Assembly: GCA_009781175.1 (NCBI GenBank)
Contig: WQYQ01000013.1
Span: forward strand, 13,581-77,580
Length of the DNA: 64,000 nt
Source: Betaproteobacteria bacterium
GTDB lineage: Bacteria > Pseudomonadota > Gammaproteobacteria > Burkholderiales > Rhodocyclaceae
Reading direction: 5' to 3'
Shown here piece by piece: positions 58,224-64,000 of the stretch. The notes below the pieces were generated by a model, which saw only the letters and a program-made list of their open reading frames with translations, was not told the DNA's origin and made no database searches. The position numbers and the translations under genes are program-made. Each line of letters starts with the position of its first letter. Position 1 is the stretch's first letter.

Positions 58224-59426
58224 TCAAATGGTTTTTGCATCGGCTTCACCACGGGGCCAGGAATAGGCCAGCGCGGCGGTCAATAGGGCGTAGAAATGAC
58301 CTTCCAGATTATCAAGAATGAAGGAATTGAAAATGTCCCCCACGATCATGGCAACAAGGAGGCCGTGAGTCAGGTAACCCTCGCACTGACCCAGGCCGCG
58401 CGCATAGCGCCATTGCGCGGCCCACAGCCAGAGCAATAACCCGAGCCCGATAATCCCGGTTTGGCTCCAGACGAGCAGATATTCATTGTGTGGATTCGGC
58501 GTGATCTGATTTCCCGTAAGGCCCTTCTGTTCGGCCAGCGCCCGATATTCCGGCCGGAAACTCCCCATTCCACCGCCGAGACCTGGATGCCGCTCGATCA
58601 GTTCGACGGTATTCAGCCAGAATCCGACGCGCAGACCATCATTCGTCGTGGTATCGCCATGCTGATGAAATTTCCGCGCATCCGAGAGCATTTCGTCGGT
58701 GCGATCCTTGACGCGTGGCGAAACGCCATACAGCGCGCCCGCGGCGATACACGCCGCGATGAGGCCGAGCGCGACGCCCTTGAAACGGAAACGCGAGTAG
58801 GCCAGGAGCGGGAGCAGCGCGAGGAAGATGATATGGCCGGTACGCCCGGTGTTGATGAAAAAAAGATTCCCGACGCAGACGATCCCGAAGGCATACCAGG
58901 CCCAGCGCTGCGCGGGCCATTTCCGGGCGAGCCAAATGCAGGCGAAGCCGACGAAGGCGAGCATCGTTGAAAAGCCGGTATGCCCGCCGAAGCCCGCATA
59001 GGGGCCGAGCCCCCCCATGTCGTGCAGCACGCCGAACCAGCGCAGGAACGAGGTTACGAGCGCGATGCCGAAGCCGCACAGAAAGCCGAAAAAGATGCGG
59101 CGGCACCAGATTGGGTTGTCGATGACCGAGATTGCGAGCGGGATCAGCAGGAGTTCGCGGTAATGCCACCAGTCATCGCTCGATGGCCTCAGCGCAGCGG
59201 GCGACCACAGCATCGTGAAACCCATCCAGGCGAACAGTGCCAGCGATATCGCGGCGACGCGATGCCGCACGATGCGTTTCCAGCGCTCCTCGAAGTCGCC
59301 CGATATGGCCCATACGAGCAAAAACAAACCCGTCGTGACGCTGATCCAAGCGGCGGGGAGGGGCACTGAAAAGGCTACGGCGACGACGAGCCATTTGCTC
59401 GCAAGGTCGAGACGATCGCGTATCAC
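58224..59426 (-). CDS. O-antigen ligase-family protein
   Basis: Multi-TM protein; GRTG, RVGFW, NPHNEYL. Confidence 0.85.
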   Translation of the reverse strand: MIRDRLDLASKWLVVAVAFSVPLPAAWISVTTGLFLLVWAISGDFEERWKRIVRHRVAAISLALFAWMGFTMLWSPAALRPSSDDWWHYRELLLIPLAISVIDNPIWCRRIFFGFLCGFGIALVTSFLRWFGVLHDMGGLGPYAGFGGHTGFSTMLAFVGFACIWLARKWPAQRWAWYAFGIVCVGNLFFINTGRTGHIIFLALLPLLAYSRFRFKGVALGLIAACIAAGALYGVSPRVKDRTDEMLSDARKFHQHGDTTTNDGLRVGFWLNTVELIERHPGLGGGMGSFRPEYRALAEQKGLTGNQITPNPHNEYLLVWSQTGIIGLGLLLWLWAAQWRYARGLGQCEGYLTHGLLVAMIVGDIFNSFILDNLEGHFYALLTAALAYSWPRGEADAKTI

Positions 59427-59441
59427 AAAACACTCCGAAAA

Positions 59442-61241
59442 TTAGTGGCTGGTTTCCCCGGTTTGCTGCTCGCTCTGAAATTGCAGTTTGTAGAGATGCG
59501 CATAACGGCCTGCGCGCGCGAGCAATTCCGCATGTTTGCCTTGTTCGACGATGCGGCCGCGGTCCATCACGAGAATCCGGTCGGCGCCCTCGATTGTCGA
59601 TAGCCGATGCGCGATGACGAAGGTGGTGCGCCCCTGCATCAGCGTTCCGAGCGCGGCCTGGACCTGGCGTTCCGATTCGGTATCGAGCGCCGAGGTGGCT
59701 TCGTCGAGGATCAGGACGGGCGCATCCTTGAGCAATGCCCGCGCGATCGCCAACCGCTGGCGCTGTCCGCCCGAAAGCTTCACGCCGTTTGCGCCGACGA
59801 GTGTGGCCAGCCCTTCCGGCATGGCTTCAATGAATTCCCAGGCGTTGGCGGCCTTCGCGGCGGCGATGATGTCGGCTTCGCTGTGATCGGACGCGCTGCC
59901 ATACGCGATGTTCGCGGCAACACTGTCGTTGAACAGCACGACGTCCTGGCTGACGAGCGAGAGGTTCTCACGCAGGCTGGCAAGTGTGAGCGATTGCGTG
60001 TCGACGCCGTCGAGCAGAATGCGGCCGTGCGTGGGCGCATAGAAACGCGGCAACAGTGACACAAGTGTGCTTTTGCCGCTGCCCGATGAGCCGACCAGCG
60101 CAATCGTTTCGCCGGGTTGTATATCGAGCGTAATGCCGTCGAGCGCGAGCTTTACCGCTTCGGGGTAACGGAATTGCACGTTTTCGAAACGCACCGCGCC
60201 GCGCACGCGGCTCAGTGTCTGAGTCCCGTTGTCCGGCTCGCCCGGCATATCGAGCAGGCCGAAAATGCTTTCGGCCGCGGCAACGCCTTTCGCGATGGTG
60301 TTATTCACTTCGGTGATCCGCTTCACCGGCGCGAGCAACATCAACATCGCAGTGATGAACGAAATGAATTCGCCGGCCGTCGTGCCGCGATGGCCCTGCG
60401 ACTGGTGTAGCGCGATATACACGATGATCGCGACCGAAATCGCCGATGCCAAGTGGGTAATCGGCACCGTTACCGAAGCGGGAATCGCTTCGCGCATCTG
60501 TGCGCGGCGGAAGCCTTCGGTCGCGGCGTCGAAGCGGCCTTTTTCATAAGACTGGCCGCCGAAGACTTTGACGACCTTATGCGCGCCGGTCGCTTCTTCG
60601 AGAATATGCGTGATCAGGCCCATCGACTGATAACCGCTCTGGCTCGCGGCGCGCAGACGCTTGCCGAATTTACGCACCGCCGTGACGATCACGGGGCCGA
60701 CCGAGAGCGCAATCAGCGTGAGTTTCCAGTCGGTATACACCAGATAAGCGACCAGGCCGACCACCGTCAGGCTTTCGCGCACCGCCGACACCATGCCGCT
60801 CGAAGCCGCGTCGGTGACATAGTTCGTATCGAACACCACCTTCGAGATCATCGCGCCGCTCGAATTGTTGTCGTAATGGCGGGCCGGCAGGCGCAGCAGC
60901 TTCGCGAACATCTGACGGCGCAAGTCCATCACGACATTGCTCGTGATCCAGGCCATCAAATAACCCGTGACGAAAACGGTCAGGCCGCGCATGAAGAAAA
61001 TGCCGACCAGGCCGAGCGGAAACATCCACACCATGCGCGGGTCCGGCGTCACAAAGCCGCGGTCGAGCAGATATTTCATCATCCAGGGGAAAACCCATTC
61101 GGTCGCCGCGGTCAGCGCCATGCCGAGCACGGCAACGGCGAGCGCCATGCGATAAGGGCGTACATAGCCTATAAGGCGGAGATAAACCTCTTGAGCCGAG
61201 GTGCTGGGTGTTGCGGGCGGAATGCTTGAAACGGAGGTCAT
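59442..61241 (-). CDS. msbA: Lipid A export ABC transporter
   Basis: TMD plus GSSGSGKST, LSGGQRQRLAIARA, LILDEATSALD, IAHRLST; start uncertain (61241 or 61265). Confidence 0.9.
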   Translation of the reverse strand: MTSVSSIPPATPSTSAQEVYLRLIGYVRPYRMALAVAVLGMALTAATEWVFPWMMKYLLDRGFVTPDPRMVWMFPLGLVGIFFMRGLTVFVTGYLMAWITSNVVMDLRRQMFAKLLRLPARHYDNNSSGAMISKVVFDTNYVTDAASSGMVSAVRESLTVVGLVAYLVYTDWKLTLIALSVGPVIVTAVRKFGKRLRAASQSGYQSMGLITHILEEATGAHKVVKVFGGQSYEKGRFDAATEGFRRAQMREAIPASVTVPITHLASAISVAIIVYIALHQSQGHRGTTAGEFISFITAMLMLLAPVKRITEVNNTIAKGVAAAESIFGLLDMPGEPDNGTQTLSRVRGAVRFENVQFRYPEAVKLALDGITLDIQPGETIALVGSSGSGKSTLVSLLPRFYAPTHGRILLDGVDTQSLTLASLRENLSLVSQDVVLFNDSVAANIAYGSASDHSEADIIAAAKAANAWEFIEAMPEGLATLVGANGVKLSGGQRQRLAIARALLKDAPVLILDEATSALDTESERQVQAALGTLMQGRTTFVIAHRLSTIEGADRILVMDRGRIVEQGKHAELLARAGRYAHLYKLQFQSEQQTGETSH

Positions 61242-61375
61242 GTGTGCTCGGTGCGGGGCATGCAATTACTTATGCAGGCATGTCCGCGCGGCTGTTAGCG
61301 GGGCTGGTGCGGAGGTGCGCAAACGCACCCGTGTGGCGGCGAGTTTACTATGTCTCGAAAGGGGTAAGGCACCGC

Positions 61376-61927
61376 TTACCGATTGAACAGCCGCAAACTG
61401 GCGCGGCCACCGGTAATCTGTAGATGCGTCAATTTCGCATAATCGAAATCAAGATCCAGCCAGCGGTCCTGCGGCAAGCCGAGCAGATGCCCGGCGATGC
61501 TGCGCAGCGGGCCGCTGTGCGTGATGACGACCGATTCCGCAGCTTCCTCCTGGCATAGCTCGTGCAGAAAATCGAGCACGCGCGCGCTCATGTCGAGCGC
61601 CGACTCCCCGCCGGGCGGGCGGTGGCTGAGCGGATGCTTGGCCCAGCGTTCGAGCGCGGGAGCGCCGATTTCCTCGAAAGGCTTCAACTCCCATTCGCCG
61701 AAATCGGTTTCACGCAGGCGCGGGTCGGCCTGCGCCGCGCCGAGCCGCTGGGCGAGCAGCCAGGCGCGCTGGAGCGGACTCGAAAAAATTTTTGCGTCCT
61801 TGGGCAGCAGCGGGCGCAGATGGCGCAGCACGGGCGTCAAAGGGGCGGCGAGCGCCAGATCGCTGACACCGTAACAAACATGCGCGGCGATCGCTGCGGC
61901 GGGCGGACGTATCAAATACAGATTCAT
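61376..61927 (-). CDS. Histidine-phosphatase-fold protein (CobC-like)
   Basis: SSPLQRA, LRETDFGEWE, PPGGES, VITHSG; the N-terminal motif reads LIRPP instead of LIRH. Confidence 0.8.
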   Translation of the reverse strand: MNLYLIRPPAAAIAAHVCYGVSDLALAAPLTPVLRHLRPLLPKDAKIFSSPLQRAWLLAQRLGAAQADPRLRETDFGEWELKPFEEIGAPALERWAKHPLSHRPPGGESALDMSARVLDFLHELCQEEAAESVVITHSGPLRSIAGHLLGLPQDRWLDLDFDYAKLTHLQITGGRASLRLFNR

Positions 61928-62049
61928 AGGGCTGAGACAAGGCCGCGCGGCGCAATCCGGCGCGGCGTGAAAAGGGCGCGCGATAGTAGCACGTAGATCG
62001 TTTGCATTTTTTGTAAGCGGCGGTAAGTGATAGACTTCGACTCCCGCTC

Positions 62050-62275
62050 CGGTTTGTCCGGGCGGGAGTCGAAGGTGCCCCGCCGCATTCCTGCCGCGAG
62101 GGTTAAACGGGAAACAGGTGCGCTCGCTTGGCGAGTTATTCCTGTGCTGCCCCCGCAACGGTAGGCGAGAGCCGCATGTCATGGAAAGCCACTGGAAGTG
62201 ATTCCGGGAAGGCGATATGCGGCAGGTTGGAGTGTGCTGCTCCGCCCGCTCGCGAGCCCGGATACCGGCCTCTCG
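62050..62275 (+). ncRNA. Cobalamin riboswitch
   Basis: AAGGTG...GGTTAAACGGGAAACAGGTG...GCTGCCCCCGCAACGGTA...GCCACTG...GGGAAGGC...GAGCCCGGATACC; lies upstream of btuB. Confidence 0.93.
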
Positions 62276-62439
62276 ACCAAAGCTCTGCGCAAGATGTTTT
62301 GTGTGGAGCGAAGGTGGAACGGGCTGCGGGGTGGCGGCGGTATGCAGCAATGCGCACATCGATACTCCTTGGGCTGCGTTCCGGTTAAAACGCCGGACGC
62401 GCGGGGTCGCACGTCCGGTTCCAGGGAGCATGTAGTCAA

Positions 62440-64000
62440 ATGAAACCGATCGCCGCTGCCGTGCTAGCAGCATTTCCCATGTTGAGTTTTGCCGCGGAGG
62501 ATTTGCCCGCGGCGCGTCCTGAAACCATTGTTGTGACCGCCACGCGCGAGCCGATGCGCGTGAGCGAAGCGACCGCCGATGTCACCGTCATCAGCCGTGA
62601 AGAGATCGAGCAGGCCGGCACGGCAAGCCTGCCGGAACTGTTGGCGCGCCAGCCCGGCGTGCAGTCCTATTCGAGCGGTGGTGCGGGCAAGCCCACCGGG
62701 GTTTACATTCGCGGCGCAAGTCCCGCGCAGAGCTTGATTCTGATCGACGGCCTGCGTATCGGCTCGGCCACCTCGGGCGGCGCGGCGCTCGAACAAATCT
62801 CGCTCGATCAGATCGACCATATCGAAATCGTGCGCGGCCCGGCATCGGCCTTGTATGGTTCCGATGCGATCGGCGGCGTAATCCAAATCTTTACGCGTCA
62901 AGCGGGTGGCAAACCGCGCTTCGACGCTTTCGCGGGCTTCGGGACGTATGGCACGGAGTCTTACTCCGCCGGCGGTTCGGGCAGCGCGGGCGATTTTCGT
63001 TACGACTTGCGCGCCGGTTACGACAAAACGAAAGGCTTTTCCGCTATCTCCGACCCGGCCAAACAGCCGTACAGCTATGACCCGGACCGGGACGGCTACC
63101 GCCGCACCGCATTGAACGGAAACTTTGGCTGGCAGATCGCAGACGGGCATGATCTTGCGCTGAACCTGCAGCACAACACCGCCCGCAATTGGTATGACAT
63201 GGGCCTGGGGTTCGATGGCCAGAGCTTCGACACCCGTAGCGATCTCGAAAATTCCGCCTACGGGCTTACCTTGCGCGATCGCTTCCTCAAGAATTGGGAC
63301 AGCACGCTGCGCGTGGGCCGCACGATTGACGACAGCCGCGATTTCAACCCTTATTCGCCGCCCGGCGGCGCGAAGTATCGCACCGTGCAGGATCAAGCCG
63401 CCTGGCAGAACGATGTGAGGTTCGATGCCGGAACCTTGCTGCTCGGCGCGGATTGGCTGAAACAGCATGGCAAGATCGACAGTGGTTACGACTACTACAA
63501 CAATGTTCCTACCTACTACGATGTTTCGCGCAGCATCACCGGCTTGTTCGCGGGCTGGAGCGGTCATTACGGCGCGCATCGCATCCAGTTGAATGTGCGC
63601 AACGATCACAACTCGGACTTCGGCGAGCACACTACCGGCTCGGCGGGCTGGTCCTGGGAGTTCATCAAGCAATGGCAGTTCCGCGTCGGCGCGGGCACTG
63701 CATTCCGCGCGCCGACTTTCAACGACCTTTATTGGCCACCTCAAGGAATCGCCAGCAATCCGGATCTGCGGCCCGAGCACGCGCGGAACCTCGATGCCGC
63801 GTTGAGCCATGACACCGATAATTACGGCTTCTCCCTGACGGGCTATCGCAACCGCATCACCGACATGATTGTGCTCGATTCCAACTATGTCCCACAAAAC
63901 GTCGGCCGGGCCAAGCTGAATGGCGCGACGCTGGCGGGGCATTTGCAGGACGACAAGGGCTTCGCGCTGAATGCGAGCGTCGATTGGCTCGATGCGCTGG
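62440..64000 (+). CDS. btuB: TonB-dependent vitamin B12 receptor (partial, runs off the window)
   Basis: MKPIAAAVLAAFPMLSFA signal, TonB box ETIVVTATR, plug motifs VYIRG and IEIVRGPASALYGSDAIGGVIQIFT; riboswitch context. Confidence 0.88.
   Translation, partial: MKPIAAAVLAAFPMLSFAAEDLPAARPETIVVTATREPMRVSEATADVTVISREEIEQAGTASLPELLARQPGVQSYSSGGAGKPTGVYIRGASPAQSLILIDGLRIGSATSGGAALEQISLDQIDHIEIVRGPASALYGSDAIGGVIQIFTRQAGGKPRFDAFAGFGTYGTESYSAGGSGSAGDFRYDLRAGYDKTKGFSAISDPAKQPYSYDPDRDGYRRTALNGNFGWQIADGHDLALNLQHNTARNWYDMGLGFDGQSFDTRSDLENSAYGLTLRDRFLKNWDSTLRVGRTIDDSRDFNPYSPPGGAKYRTVQDQAAWQNDVRFDAGTLLLGADWLKQHGKIDSGYDYYNNVPTYYDVSRSITGLFAGWSGHYGAHRIQLNVRNDHNSDFGEHTTGSAGWSWEFIKQWQFRVGAGTAFRAPTFNDLYWPPQGIASNPDLRPEHARNLDAALSHDTDNYGFSLTGYRNRITDMIVLDSNYVPQNVGRAKLNGATLAGHLQDDKGFALNASVDWLDAL

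Overview
High-GC chromosomal window, probably from a betaproteobacterium (Rhodocyclales-like; inferred from gene content and order, not from a search). Most of it is core genes: cysK with a MalY/PatB gene, earP-efp, yebC-ruvC, two tRNA-Lys genes, queC-queE-cpoB-pal-tolBARQ-ybgC, ruvB, ruvA, rng, maf-rlmH-rsfS-nadD, thrB, polA, an msbA/LPS cluster, and a cobalamin riboswitch ahead of btuB. Accessory loci are interspersed: (i) a Pls/PosA-type membrane NRPS (homopoly-amino-acid synthetase) with its PPTase and a deleted GMC oxidoreductase; (ii) adjacent H-NS and tailed HU genes next to an AT-richer lipoprotein/beta-barrel islet; (iii) a CI-like repressor remnant at the tRNA-Lys 3' end; (iv) an RDD/SpoIIM/DUF4129/DUF4350/MoxR/DUF58 operon; (v) a 1428-aa autotransporter preceded by a 6x13-bp tandem repeat. 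The most striking signal is three families of miniature mobile elements. One is a 120-bp IS200/IS605-type element with matching guide/cleavage tetranucleotides, inserted in frame in the NRPS adenylation domain. The second is a Correia-like ~105-bp family, with one copy in frame in the PPTase and one abutting the ruvC start codon. The third is a ~180-bp TAGAGC...GCTCTA family found twice, each time at a TAG stop codon. No CRISPR array, rRNA or intact transposase/integrase was seen. All family calls come from motif recognition without database searches.
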